The notes under the pieces: generated by a model
What the model saw: only the letters and a program-made list of their open reading frames with translations
The model's database searches: none
Told to the model about the DNA's origin: nothing
Assembly (NCBI GenBank): GCA_965220085.1
Contig: CBDCOZ010000003.1
Span: 1,888,001 to 1,952,000, forward strand
Length of the DNA: 64,000 nt
Origin: Candidatus Oxydemutatoraceae bacterium
GTDB lineage: Bacteria > Pseudomonadota > Gammaproteobacteria > Poriferisulfidales > Oxydemutatoraceae
Direction: 5' to 3'
In this document: positions 1 through 9,488 of the stretch, piece after piece
How positions within the stretch are numbered: position 1 is the stretch's first letter
How the letters are laid out: each line of letters opens with the position of its first letter
Program-made: the position numbers and the translations under genes

Positions 1-500
1 GAGGATTGGCAAAAAGATCGCTCAAGCAATACAAAGAAGCCATCGCCGACTACGATGAGGCAATCAGACTTAACCCACAGGATAGCTTCGCTTATGCCGA
101 CAGAGGATTGGCAAAAAGATCGCTCAAGCAATACAAAGAAGCCATCGCCGACTACGATGAGGCAATCAGGCTCAACCCGCAGGATAGCTTCGCTTATGCC
201 GACAGAGGAGATATAAAAAGAGAACTAAAACAATACGAAGAGGCTATCGATGACTACGATAAGGCAATAGAGATTGATCCGAAAAGTAGCTTCGCTTATG
301 TCAGCAGAGGAGATGTAAAAAGGCTATTCAAGCAATACACAGAAGCCATTGCTGACTTCAATGAGGCACTCAAGATTAATCCACATGATAGCTTTGCACG
401 TCTTTGCAAAGAACAAGCGGAGAAAGAGCGAATAGAAGAGATACGAATAGAAGAGATAGCGTCAGCCTTTGCAAAGAAAGCCTTAGGCCAGAAACCTTAG
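1..500 (+). CDS. TPR-repeat protein, 5' end outside window
   Basis: 34-aa TPR units (KQYKEAIADYDEAIRLNPQDSFAYADRG); first two are near-identical 102-bp DNA copies; frame open to the window edge. Confidence 0.9.
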   Translation, partial: GLAKRSLKQYKEAIADYDEAIRLNPQDSFAYADRGLAKRSLKQYKEAIADYDEAIRLNPQDSFAYADRGDIKRELKQYEEAIDDYDKAIEIDPKSSFAYVSRGDVKRLFKQYTEAIADFNEALKINPHDSFARLCKEQAEKERIEEIRIEEIASAFAKKALGQKP

Positions 501-669
501 AAGCCACAGTCCTGCTACTTAACCAGCACTTAAGAATATTTCGTAGTGTTGCTTCAAGAAGAAACCCTTCAGCGTTACTAACCCAACACACCCAATTTTA
601 GTATCCGCCCAGATATTCGCCGCAACAGTGCGCGAATAGCGCTGGCAGTATAGAAAAGCAAGATGCTTA

Positions 670-1041
670 TTATTGTATTGGGACTACAAAGCTTGCCGGA
701 TAGGCTCTGTGCTTGTCGGTGATAGCATCGGTGATCCCTAAATCTAGGAACAATACGCTTGCGCCGAATTTAGCGCCCTCAATAGAACTCGGTATGGCAC
801 CGGTGGCGTTATCTCCGTTATCCGTCTTGCACCTATACATCAGCGACTCATCATCCCTGCGAACATACAATGTGCTAGGAACATTAGCCGACCAAACACC
901 GCGCTCGTTGCTCAAAGTGCATTCCCCTTCCGAACCATCGCTAAAGCTGATTGCTAACGGAACCATCGGATCATTTGTCAAAGTGGCACAACCGGTTAAT
1001 AAGATAGTCGCAACTAAAATATTAGTTAATCTTATTTGCAT
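670..1041 (-). CDS. small lipoprotein, unknown function
   Basis: Signal peptide with lipobox LTGC; GGAGA SD-like sequence upstream. Confidence 0.75.
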   Translation of the reverse strand: MQIRLTNILVATILLTGCATLTNDPMVPLAISFSDGSEGECTLSNERGVWSANVPSTLYVRRDDESLMYRCKTDNGDNATGAIPSSIEGAKFGASVLFLDLGITDAITDKHRAYPASFVVPIQ

Positions 1042-1073
1042 TGGATTCTCCTTGTTTCTTATTATGAGAAATT

Positions 1074-1108
1074 AAAAAAAAGCCACGGTCACAACTCGGT
1101 GCCGTGGC
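1074..1108 (-). terminator. intrinsic terminator-like hairpin upstream of the lipoprotein gene
   Basis: Minus strand GCCACGG...CCGTGGC stem followed by T8. Confidence 0.65.
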
Positions 1109-1143
1109 ACCCGCGGCCGGAGGCCTTGGGAAGTTTCTAGATG

Positions 1144-1172
1144 ATTATCAAATATTGCCGCTATGCTGTCAA
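1144..1172 (-). promoter_or_regulatory. sigma70-like promoter
   Basis: Minus strand TTGACA-17 nt-GATAAT. Confidence 0.5.
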
Positions 1173-1416
1173 ACTTCTAAGCCTCAATGCTTGGCTCAAA
1201 CTCGCTGCTCAGCCAGCGCTTAAAAACGTGTCAAAGTGTTGTTTCAAGCGGTCGCAATCCGGACGATTCTCCGATTGGCGCGACAGGTGAATGCGCCGTT
1301 CGTTCATCTCTTGAAAGCCATGTTTCAGCATCGGCTCATCGTGCTATTCCAAAAGCCTCGGCTAGCGACACGCGAACGGCGCCAATTTATTGGCTTGCTT
1401 GCGCGGCAACCGGAAA

Positions 1417-1584
1417 CTACTGTCTTGCAAAGGCCGAAGCAGGTCTTAGGTTATAACCCTGCTTTTTTGCTATGCCCTCCTCACACAGACGTTTGTAATA
1501 CGCTTCTTGCGACTTAAGTTTCTCCGGATCATGCACGGTTCTTTCCTTCACAATCCTCTTTACTTCATCGGCTATCTTAGTCAT
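1417..1584 (-). CDS. 55-aa small protein below the ORF-track cutoff (MTKIADEVKRIVKERTVHDPEKLKSQEAYYKRLCEEGIAKKQGYNLRPASAFARQ)
   Basis: Manual translation; AAGGAG SD 6 nt before ATG. Confidence 0.6.
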   Translation of the reverse strand: MTKIADEVKRIVKERTVHDPEKLKSQEAYYKRLCEEGIAKKQGYNLRPASAFARQ

Positions 1585-1644
1585 TGGCTTCTCCTTTGTG
1601 TTTCATTTGGGGATAATTCTTCTGTTTGGCGCTTCCGTCCTCGC

Positions 1645-1722
1645 TCAGAACTCAATCAGATCAAAATACATCATCCGAGCATCGGCATCTTTGTCTTCTG
1701 TTGAGCCGCTCTAACTGCAAAG
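1645..1722 (-). pseudogene. remnant of a GNAT-type toxin gene (internal deletion)
   Basis: C-terminus TEDKDADARMMYFDLIEF* immediately downstream of the antitoxin-like gene; family assignment from recalled motif only. Confidence 0.35.
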
Positions 1723-1723
1723 G

Positions 1724-1894
1724 CTACTTCTCGGGTATCTTTATCTCTATCGACTCGTATGCTTTCTGAGCCCTGAGATATTCCTCTCGGGACACCTTGC
1801 GCTTTCCGGCTTCGGCCTCCTTCATTCTTTCGTCAAAACGCCGGGCATCTTCTCCGGTAAGAATAGGCGTCTCTTTAATAGGCATGGCCATCAT
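1724..1894 (-). CDS. small antitoxin-like protein (MMAMPIKETPILTGEDARRF...)
   Basis: GAGGAG SD; PIKETP-x-LTG-x-DA-x-RF motif recalled from small proteins preceding GNAT genes; homologous pieces at 16443, 19022 and 29073. Confidence 0.6.
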   Translation of the reverse strand: MMAMPIKETPILTGEDARRFDERMKEAEAGKRKVSREEYLRAQKAYESIEIKIPEK

Positions 1895-2100
1895 ATTCTC
1901 CTCTTTTGTATGCATTGGTATTTGTGAGCGGCTCTTCCGCCCCTGACAGTGGTCACACTCAAACTCCGGCGGAAACAATTTATAAACCGCGCCGTTTGAC
2001 TCTCCCCAACCATCTGCGAATCCAATATGTAACAGAATGTCACTACATTGTCAACACATTTTTCCCCAACCATCTGCGAATCTCAGCATATAACAGAAGG

Positions 2101-2216
2101 CGCCGATACGATCCACATCGGCGGGCGCAGAGCCGACGCACAGTCTTTAAGCGCATGCCAAGCGTTCGCAACTTGCGCTTCACGGCGGGAGCAGCCTTCA
2201 GTACCGGCGCGGGCAT
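2101..2216 (-). pseudogene. truncated paralog of the HTH antitoxin at 6708-7010
   Basis: MPAPVLKAAPAVKRKLRTLGMRLKT nearly identical to the 7010 gene, then frameshift and truncation. Confidence 0.8.
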
Positions 2217-2259
2217 TCGCAGTGCCTGCGCCACATATTCCCGCAAGTATGCACTCCTC

Positions 2260-2478
2260 TTGTTGCTGTCGGGAATCCGCAATGTTTGCGGCATTGCTCG
2301 CCTGCCTCCCCTTTGTGCGCCCCACAACGCTCGCCTCCTCCGGTGCGCCTGCGGGGGGCAGTGCGAGAGGAGCGTATCGGGGTAGTTGCCGCCAGGCTAC
2401 CGCCAGTCAGCCCCCTTGGCTCGCCGACGCTCCCGCAAAGGGAGCGTGGGCGCAAGTCTTGCGAGGGGATGGCTCGCG
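2260..2478. repeat. dispersed trailer repeat associated with LEGPLR-tail genes
   Basis: Related copies near 5300-5430, 11750-11880, 14370-14447, 53810-53979; begins with an IS481-end-like motif GGAATCCGCAATGTTTGCGGCATT. Confidence 0.75.
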
Positions 2479-4815
2479 CTATCGCAGCGGGCCTTCGAGG
2501 AAGAGGCGCAACCGCAAGCGTATGGCTGTGGCTGTGACGCTCAGACTGTAAGCTCCCGTTATCGAGCTGCTCTGGCCGGAAATGCTTATGAAATAAGTGC
2601 CCGCGCCAAGAGCGCTTTCAATCCTGAAGTTATCGCCTGTGCCGTTGCCATCATCAGATGCCAATTCTGTGCCCGCGCTGTTCTGCAGTTCTCCATATGT
2701 GTCAGTTGCGCCTGTGGTTTCAATAATGACCGTTGAGGGCGAAGCCAGCGTAAAACTGTAGTAATCAACCTCCGCCGGCGCCGAGAGGGCCCCTGATACG
2801 GGGGTTCCCACTGTGACTGCGGTTGCATCCTCCGCTGTGACGCTCAGACTGTAATTGCCTGTTGCGGAGAACCAGCCGGCAACTCTTATGTAATAAACGC
2901 CGGCGCCAAGAGCTCTTTCAATCCTGAAGTTGACGCCTGTGCCGCCATCGTCATCAGATGCCAACTCTGTGCCCGCGCTGTCCTGTAGCAATCCAAATGT
3001 GTCAGTTGCGCCTGCGGTTTCAATAGTGACCACTGAGGGCGAAGTCAGCGTAAGACTGTAGTAATCAGCATCCCCTGCCGCTGAGATGCCCCCTGATGCG
3101 GGGGTTCCCGCTGTGACTGCGATTACACTCTCCTCTGTGACGCTCAGACTGTAAGCTCCTGTTGCAGTCTGGCCGGCAACTCTTATGTAATAAGCGCCGG
3201 CGCCAAGATATCTGATGATCCTGAAGTTGTTGCCTGTGCCGTCATCACTATCAGATTCCAATTCTGTGCCCGCGCTGTCCTGCAGTTGCCCCGCTGTGTC
3301 AGTTGTGCCTGTGGTTGCAATGGTGACCACTGAGGGCGAGGCCAGCGTAAAACTGTAGTAATCAACATCCCCCACCGGTGAGATGGAATCTGATGCGGGG
3401 GTTCCCGCTGTTAATGCGGTTGCGCCATCTCTTGTGAAGTCGCTATCGGCTGTGGCCGCTACGCTCAGACTGTAATTTCCTGTTACAGAGCTGCTCTGGC
3501 CGGCAACTCTTATGAAATAAGCGCCGGCGCCAAGAGTCCATTCAATCCTGAAGTTGCTGCCTGTGCCGTCATCACTATCAAATTCCAAGAGGCCGCCCGC
3601 GCTGTCCTGCAGTTGCCCCGCCGTATCAGTTGCGCCCGTGGTTTCAATAGTGACCGCTGAAGCCGAGGCCAGCGTAAAACTGTAGAGATCAACATGCCCC
3701 GCCGGTGAGATGGCCCCTGATGCAGGGGTTCCCAATGTTACTGCGGTCGCACTCTCCCCTGTTACGCTCAGACTGTAATTTCCTGTTATATTGTTGCCCT
3801 GGCCTTGGACTCTTACGAAATAAGCGCCCGCGCCAAGAACTCTTTCAATCCTGAAGTTGTTGCCCGCACCGTCGCTATCATCAAATTCCAAGGAGTTGCC
3901 CGCACTGTCCTCCAGTCGCCCCGCCGTATCAGTTGCGCCTGTGGTTTCAATGGTGACCACTGAGGGCGAGGCCAGCGTAAACCTGTAGAAATCAACATCC
4001 GCCGGTGAGATGGCCCCTGATGCGGGGGTTCCCACTGTTACTGCGATTGCGCCATCTCTTGTGAAGTCGCTATCGGCTGTGGCTGCTACGCTCAGGCTGT
4101 AATTTCCTGTTACCGAGCTGCTCTGGCCGGAAACTCTTATGAAATAAGCGCCGGCGCCAAGAGTCCATTCAATCCTGAAGTTGCTGCCTGTGCCGTCATC
4201 ACTATCAAATTCCACGAGGCTGCCCGCGCTGTTCTGCAGTCGCCCTGCCGTATCAGTTGCGCCTGTGGTTTCAATAGTGACCGCTGAGGGCGAGGCCAGC
4301 GTGAAACTGTAGAAATCAACATCTCCCCCCGGTGAGATGGCCCCTGATACCGGGGTTCCCAATGTTACTGCGATTGCAGTGGCTCTGTCGTCATCTGTCG
4401 CTATCGCCCGTATGTCGTCGTCGACGGGCCCGGCCTGTCCGTCTTTGCCGGGCGCTTGCCGGTGCGGAGCCTCGCCGGTGTCAGCGGTATAGATGATCGT
4501 CGGGGGATTGTTGACAGAGTTGGCAGCGCCGTCAATCTCGCCGCTTGTCATGCCCCGGGCGGGGCTGAGGGTGGCGGTGCCATCGGCATAGGCTATGGCA
4601 CCCATGGCACCCATGGCACCCATGGCACCCTGGGCACCCTGGGCACTCTGGGCGGCGGCAAGCGCACTGTCCTCAATGGGGCCCACTATCGTCAAGTCGG
4701 CGCTGTCCGCCGTCGTGACGACCAGTGCGCCAGTGGCGAGGCTATTAGCCTGCGCCTGCGCACAGACAACAAACAGGCCCGGCAGAATAAGCGACCAGAG
4801 ACTGCGCCGGGTCAT
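2479..4815 (-). CDS. secreted protein with ~6 tandem pre-peptidase C-terminal (PPC)-like domains and C-terminal [12 protein letters not shown] tail
   Basis: Signal peptide ending AQAQA; repeated DVDFYSFTLAS...DTAG.L....DDDG.G.NFRI...LGAG.YFIRV; 9-bp GAM repeats. Confidence 0.85.
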   Translation of the reverse strand: MTRRSLWSLILPGLFVVCAQAQANSLATGALVVTTADSADLTIVGPIEDSALAAAQSAQGAQGAMGAMGAMGAIAYADGTATLSPARGMTSGEIDGAANSVNNPPTIIYTADTGEAPHRQAPGKDGQAGPVDDDIRAIATDDDRATAIAVTLGTPVSGAISPGGDVDFYSFTLASPSAVTIETTGATDTAGRLQNSAGSLVEFDSDDGTGSNFRIEWTLGAGAYFIRVSGQSSSVTGNYSLSVAATADSDFTRDGAIAVTVGTPASGAISPADVDFYRFTLASPSVVTIETTGATDTAGRLEDSAGNSLEFDDSDGAGNNFRIERVLGAGAYFVRVQGQGNNITGNYSLSVTGESATAVTLGTPASGAISPAGHVDLYSFTLASASAVTIETTGATDTAGQLQDSAGGLLEFDSDDGTGSNFRIEWTLGAGAYFIRVAGQSSSVTGNYSLSVAATADSDFTRDGATALTAGTPASDSISPVGDVDYYSFTLASPSVVTIATTGTTDTAGQLQDSAGTELESDSDDGTGNNFRIIRYLGAGAYYIRVAGQTATGAYSLSVTEESVIAVTAGTPASGGISAAGDADYYSLTLTSPSVVTIETAGATDTFGLLQDSAGTELASDDDGGTGVNFRIERALGAGVYYIRVAGWFSATGNYSLSVTAEDATAVTVGTPVSGALSAPAEVDYYSFTLASPSTVIIETTGATDTYGELQNSAGTELASDDGNGTGDNFRIESALGAGTYFISISGQSSSITGAYSLSVTATAIRLRLRLFLEGPLR

Positions 4816-4833
4816 TGTTGCCCACCAATGCGA

Positions 4834-4848
4834 GGGGGGGGGGGGGGG
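4834..4848. repeat. G15 homopolymer in the 5' region of the PPC gene
   Basis: Direct reading of 15 G. Confidence 0.9.
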
Positions 4849-4969
4849 TATTATTATATATTTGTCTTTTCATGCTGTTTTCTTGGCTCATGGTTTTACT
4901 CCAGATGTTTATCCTGCATCTCGTAAACGCAGTTATATATATTAATGAGCGCCGATATTCTTAGCGCCG

Positions 4970-5165
4970 TGCCCTATCACAAAGTGCGAGTCATTTGCAA
5001 ATGCCGGTACCTCCCGTGTTTAAACGCAATTTACAACGAGTGTCGCACTATACCACAAAGCAAGCCCTTTGCAAGTTGCGCCAACCCGACAATGGTTTTG
5101 CCAGCGATTGAGTCGCACTATAGCACAAAGCGCAAGCCCTTTGCAAGCGCTTTTTTGTCAAGTCT
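4970..5165 (-). promoter_or_regulatory. repeated promoter-like cassette upstream of LEGPLR genes
   Basis: Minus strand TTGCAA-agggcttgcgctttgtgc-TATAGT; about three related copies here and homologs near 13540-13580 and 56005-56045. Confidence 0.5.
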
Positions 5166-5479
5166 TGGCGACCGCCTCCGGCGGCCAGTTGCGGCGTCGT
5201 TGCCGATGTGTTGCTATTGCCTGTCTGCTATGTTTCTTGTCGCTACCAGCAATCTAATGGCTCCGACCAGAGCCCCGCAAAATGCTTGTCGGCTACGTTT
5301 CTTGTCGCTACCGGGAATCCGCAATGTTTGCGGCATTGCTCGCCTGCCTCCCCTTTGTGCGCCCCACAACACTCCCCTCCTCAGGTGCGCCTGCGGGGGT
5401 GGTGCGAGAGGAGCGTGTCGGGAGGCTACCGACAAGCCGCAATGTCTCCGGCATTATCAAGCCCGAATATTGCCGGCGG

Positions 5480-6715
5480 CTACAACGCCAGCGCATATCT
5501 CAAGTCCTCGTGCTCAAAAGCGGAAACCATCTGATTGATTTCCGCCGCGGGGGCTTGTCGGCGCTTGGCGTATGCGCGCCAGTCCCGAACCACCGCGGCG
5601 CATTCGCGTATCACGCGATTGCCATCGGACGGGCGCAGGAAATATTCCGCGACATCCTGCAACAATTGCAAAGAAGCTGTCGCATCGTCAAAATTAATTC
5701 GCGTCTTGAGAATGCGCGGCGCATTCGCAACCGGGTTCAAATCATAACAGGGGCTGAGCGTCCAACCGCGGCGCCCGAAGCGGAGAAACCCGTGATTGCG
5801 CAGATGGTCGTCCGCGTTGCTAATCAAAATGCCAAAAGCCATCCGGCGAAAGAGCTCCGCCCTGTCGCGGGCCGGCGCCGCTCCGTGATGGGCAATCACA
5901 TCGGCGATCTCAAGATAGCTGGCATCTTCGTCGCCGTCGCTGTGCTCGGTCATGGTCATAGCGCTGGCGAACGGGATGCGCCGCGCTCCGGCGCGGTCAA
6001 AACGCTTGGTCATAAAGATTGGCCCATACGGGCTTTCTACCAAATCGTGCTCGTTTGCCGTGATGCCGCAATCCTTGGCCATATCAAGGGCAATCGCCTC
6101 CCAGCGCGGGATTGAATATTGATCCGTCTCTCTGGGAAACTTTGCAATGGAAAGATGCCCGTGCCGATCGATGATCGAAGCCTTCGGGCGGGCGCCGCCA
6201 AGAGAAGAACCCGGCGCAAAAATCAAAAGGAGATCCGCATCGGCCTCCTCGCCGCGCAACACCCGTTGCGAAGCCAGCAAGAGATCGCCAAGGGCGGTTG
6301 TGGTTGGCACACCATGCGGTTGCGGCGCCTGAAATTCTTCCTCGCCTTCAAACCGAAACCGAAAAGCACCAATACGAGCCACATCAGATACACCAAGCAG
6401 GTAGTCAGTCTCTTGTAAAGTTCTGAACGGGCGACTTTCGTGGTCTGCGGTGCGACGCGCGGCGCGGCGCATGAGCTCGCGCCCCCATGTGTCGGGAGCG
6501 CTATCGCCAAAGGCTGCGAACATCTCTTTGCTGTCGGGGGTGGGGCCTTGAACCAGTGGCAAAGCAGGGTCAAACTGAAACGCATCCGGGGAAGCCAGCC
6601 AGTCGGGGTCGTGCTCGTAAGTTACACGTTCCCGGCGCGCGCCCGCATAACGTCTGAGCAAACCCACTCGGCGGCTCCGACCGCAGGCGTTTAGAAAGAC
6701 TTCGATATTACGCAC
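5480..6715 (-). CDS. hipA: HipA-family kinase toxin
   Basis: DSAPDTWGR, GSSLGGARPKA, NADDHLRNHGFL, LSPCYDL motifs; GTG start overlaps the HTH gene end. Confidence 0.9.
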   Translation of the reverse strand: MRNIEVFLNACGRSRRVGLLRRYAGARRERVTYEHDPDWLASPDAFQFDPALPLVQGPTPDSKEMFAAFGDSAPDTWGRELMRRAARRTADHESRPFRTLQETDYLLGVSDVARIGAFRFRFEGEEEFQAPQPHGVPTTTALGDLLLASQRVLRGEEADADLLLIFAPGSSLGGARPKASIIDRHGHLSIAKFPRETDQYSIPRWEAIALDMAKDCGITANEHDLVESPYGPIFMTKRFDRAGARRIPFASAMTMTEHSDGDEDASYLEIADVIAHHGAAPARDRAELFRRMAFGILISNADDHLRNHGFLRFGRRGWTLSPCYDLNPVANAPRILKTRINFDDATASLQLLQDVAEYFLRPSDGNRVIRECAAVVRDWRAYAKRRQAPAAEINQMVSAFEHEDLRYALAL

Positions 6716-7010
6716 GCCGATGCGCCCGTTTCGGAAGTCGCTCGGCGATAAGTTGCTCGCCCAGCGGGTCTTTGATATCGCCAAACTCCCCGAGCAGGCC
6801 GAGCGCATGGAGCGCCAACAGGTAAGAGCCGATGCGCACATTCGGGTCGCCGCGCTCCATTCTATAGAGTGTGCTGCGCGTCGTTCCGGCGCGCTCGGCG
6901 ACGAGCTCCATCGGCAGGCGCCGAAGTTGGCGCGCAGTCTTTAAGCGCATGCCAAGCGTTCGCAACTTGCGCTTCACGGCGGGGGTGGTTTTCAATACTG
7001 GAGCGGGCAT
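6708..7010 (-). CDS. XRE-family HTH antitoxin (HipB-like)
   Basis: LKTARQLRRL...VAERAGTTRSTLYRMERG HTH; upstream of and overlapping hipA. Confidence 0.85.
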   Translation of the reverse strand: MPAPVLKTTPAVKRKLRTLGMRLKTARQLRRLPMELVAERAGTTRSTLYRMERGDPNVRIGSYLLALHALGLLGEFGDIKDPLGEQLIAERLPKRAHRRA

Positions 7011-7039
7011 TCGTATTACCGGTGTTACATATTCCCGTA

Positions 7040-7070
7040 ATATGTACTACAAATGATACAAAATAGCAAG
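7040..7070 (-). promoter_or_regulatory. promoter-like motif shared with the phd-doc upstream region (8826-8856)
   Basis: AATATGTRCTACAAATGATACAAAATAGCAAG present upstream of both TA operons. Confidence 0.55.
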
Positions 7071-7074
7071 CCGG

Positions 7075-8012
7075 CGTGCGATGCCATGGCATATTGGACA
7101 CCTGGGGCAGATGTTTTGTAATTTGTGCCATAGGCGCTTGAAGCCTCAGTCCGTAGTGTGGTCTCTGGGTGTGAAACCATGACAGATACTTTATCCGACG
7201 AGCACGGAATGTCCGAATATTTGGTCCGCAACTTAACGCGCATTCCGCGCAGACGCGTGACGAGCGCGGATTGTCCGAATATTCGGTCCGCAACAAACCC
7301 TCTTCAAACTCTGCAAACTCTGCAAACTCTTCCTGAGTCGCGCGGTGAAAGCGTTCCTTGAGCCTTCATCTTCGGGCATCCGGGGCATGTGTGGCAACGG
7401 CGATACCCTGCTCGCAGGCAGCGATCAAACGCGCCGCAAAACTCCGAACCGTTGTCGGTGAGCGCTTGCTCTGTCTTGCCGGGAAAAACTTGCCTCGCCA
7501 GTTCCATAAAGAAGTTGGCGGCGGCGCTACTGCCACAATAGGCGGCGATAGCGAAGCGGCTATGCGGTTATGGTACGCGGACATGGTACGCAAACATGGT
7601 ACGCAAACATGGTACGCAAACAATATTTGGTGCGCGCCGCAGGGATAGCTTCGGGGGACAGTGTTCTCATCGTCGGCGAATCTCGGCGACCGCCTCCGGC
7701 GGCCAGTTGCGGCGGCGAGGGCGGTATGGGACAGTATTGGTTAAGCCGTTCATGCCATCGCACTGATATTTTTCCGCCACGCATACCGTGATGAGCGGCC
7801 GATATGACAAGTGTTCATACCGGCTTTTATGCCATGTTTCTCCCATCGCGTAAGCGCTTCAAGTTTCGGTCGCAGGACTCATAGTTGCCTCCTTTCGTGT
7901 GGAAGCAACTATTTTATGGAAACCTTTGACACCGCAGCCGATGCGCTGATGTTGCATGCCGGCTATGTTTTCGGTTGAAGCCGGGAATCCGGAATGCTTC
8001 CGGCATTATGCA
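7075..8012 (-). mobile_element. degenerate IS481-family remnant
   Basis: Fragments LTDNGSEFCGAFD and WFHTQRPHYGL; both ends resemble the intact IS at 29103; interrupted by 9- and 13-bp microrepeats. Confidence 0.85.
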
Positions 8013-8099
8013 AAAATGATTTTATAGCAAAGGTCTTGCGGGACCTGCGCGCGTCCCGGCAAACCCTCCGCATTTGGCAGGTTAGCCCGCCCCAAACTA

Positions 8100-8492
8100 T
8101 CAGCGCGGCGCGCAATTGCCTTTGTAAAAAGCGGCCAGATCTTCCTGAGATACCCGCCCGGCGGCGACATTCTCAAAAAGGGTGATTTGCGCGGATACAT
8201 CAGAAACTGGCAATTTGTATCCATTCGCCTGCAAAAACAAACCGGCGACCGAATATGCGGTGCGCTTGTTGCCGTCAATAAAGGCGTGGTTGCGAGCAAT
8301 GCCAATCGCATAAGCCGCCGCAAGCCGGAATATATCCGCTTCGCCATAAGCAAATAAATTCTCAGCCCGTGCCAATGCCGATTCAAGCAAGCCCGCATCT
8401 CTTATGCCTGCGCTTCCGCCATGGCGCTCAATAGAGCGCTCATGAATATGCAGTGCCTGGTCTTTGCTTATCCATTCCGGCGCGCGGGTCAC
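8100..8492 (-). CDS. doc: Doc (death-on-curing, Fic-family) toxin
   Basis: NHAFIDGNKRTA motif; GIRDAGLLESALAR. Confidence 0.92.
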   Translation of the reverse strand: MTRAPEWISKDQALHIHERSIERHGGSAGIRDAGLLESALARAENLFAYGEADIFRLAAAYAIGIARNHAFIDGNKRTAYSVAGLFLQANGYKLPVSDVSAQITLFENVAAGRVSQEDLAAFYKGNCAPR

Positions 8493-8743
8493 TTAGCCAG
8501 CCCGTCCAACACATCGGCGTGGTCGTTCATAAAGCTGTCAACATCGCTTTTGAATGAATCGGATGTTTTGCCCTGATAGGCATAGCGGCTATTTTTGTAT
8601 TCAAGGAATGCCCGATACTCAGCCGCCGATAGCAAAACAACGCTTGGTCTGCCATTGCTAGTTACGCTGACTGGCTCGCGCTGGGCGAGTTCTTTGTACT
8701 TCCCAAAATTCTTCTGAAACTCTGATGATGTCACACGCGACAT
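8489..8743 (-). CDS. phd: Phd/YefM-family antitoxin
   Basis: VTSSEFQKNFG...EPVSVTSNGRPSVVLLS; 4-bp overlap with doc. Confidence 0.88.
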   Translation of the reverse strand: MSRVTSSEFQKNFGKYKELAQREPVSVTSNGRPSVVLLSAAEYRAFLEYKNSRYAYQGKTSDSFKSDVDSFMNDHADVLDGLAK

Positions 8744-8939
8744 AACGCACCTCCCATATTCCCATAATGCATAAATTGCGTAATTTACATATTATGCACA
8801 AACCGCAGAAGGCCCGCAAGTAGCAATATGTGCTACAAATGATACAAAATAGCAAGATGGTGATACATCCGGTGCTATACGAGCAATTGCGACAAGCCCG
8901 CCGGTGATTGACGACACCAACTCTACGATATTGCCCTCG

Positions 8940-9488
8940 GCAAGCCCTTGCCCTAGCGGGCGGTAGCGGGCGTACCGCCACCCGTGGATTCGGTCTGCAA
9001 GAACCCGATGCCTATCGGGCGGTGGCGGGCGTATCGTCGCACACGGATTCGGTCTGCAAGAACCCGATGCCTACCGGGCGATGCGGTGGCGGGTGTTGAT
9101 TTGCGGATTCTTGATGATGTGTTGCTCGCCGGTGGGCCATGTCACGACGGCTCTTTGGACATTGGTGGCATCGCCCAGTCCGAATACGAGTTCGGGCGCC
9201 TGGTCGGTGAGATAGCCTTGCCCGGCGATGAACTGTCGGGTGTTGATTTGCGGATTCTTGATGATGCGCTGCTCGCCGGTAGGCCATGTTACGACGGCTC
9301 TTTGCACCTCGGTGGCATCGCCCAGTCCGAATACGAGCTCGGGCGCCTGGTCGGTGAGATAGCCTTGCCCGGCGATGCGGTGGCGGGCGTACCGCCGCCC
9401 ATGGATTCGGTCTGCAAGAGCCCGATGCCTACCGGGCGATAGCGAACGTACCTGCTCGGCATTGCTGGCACTGCCGGTGAACTATGCC
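8940..9488 (-). repeat. diverged tandem copies of the 3' end of the CRTAC1-like gene plus ~40-60-bp repeats
   Basis: Segment encoding GQGYLTDQAPELVFGLG...KNPQINTR repeated at ~9090-9235 and ~9236-9380; TGGATTCGGTCTGCAAGA-like motif three times. Confidence 0.85.

Noticed and set aside
1082-1111. GGCACCGAGT resembles a Cas9 tracrRNA 3' hairpin
   Set aside because: Only 10 nt, no anti-repeat, no cas9 in the window, and Cas12a needs no tracrRNA
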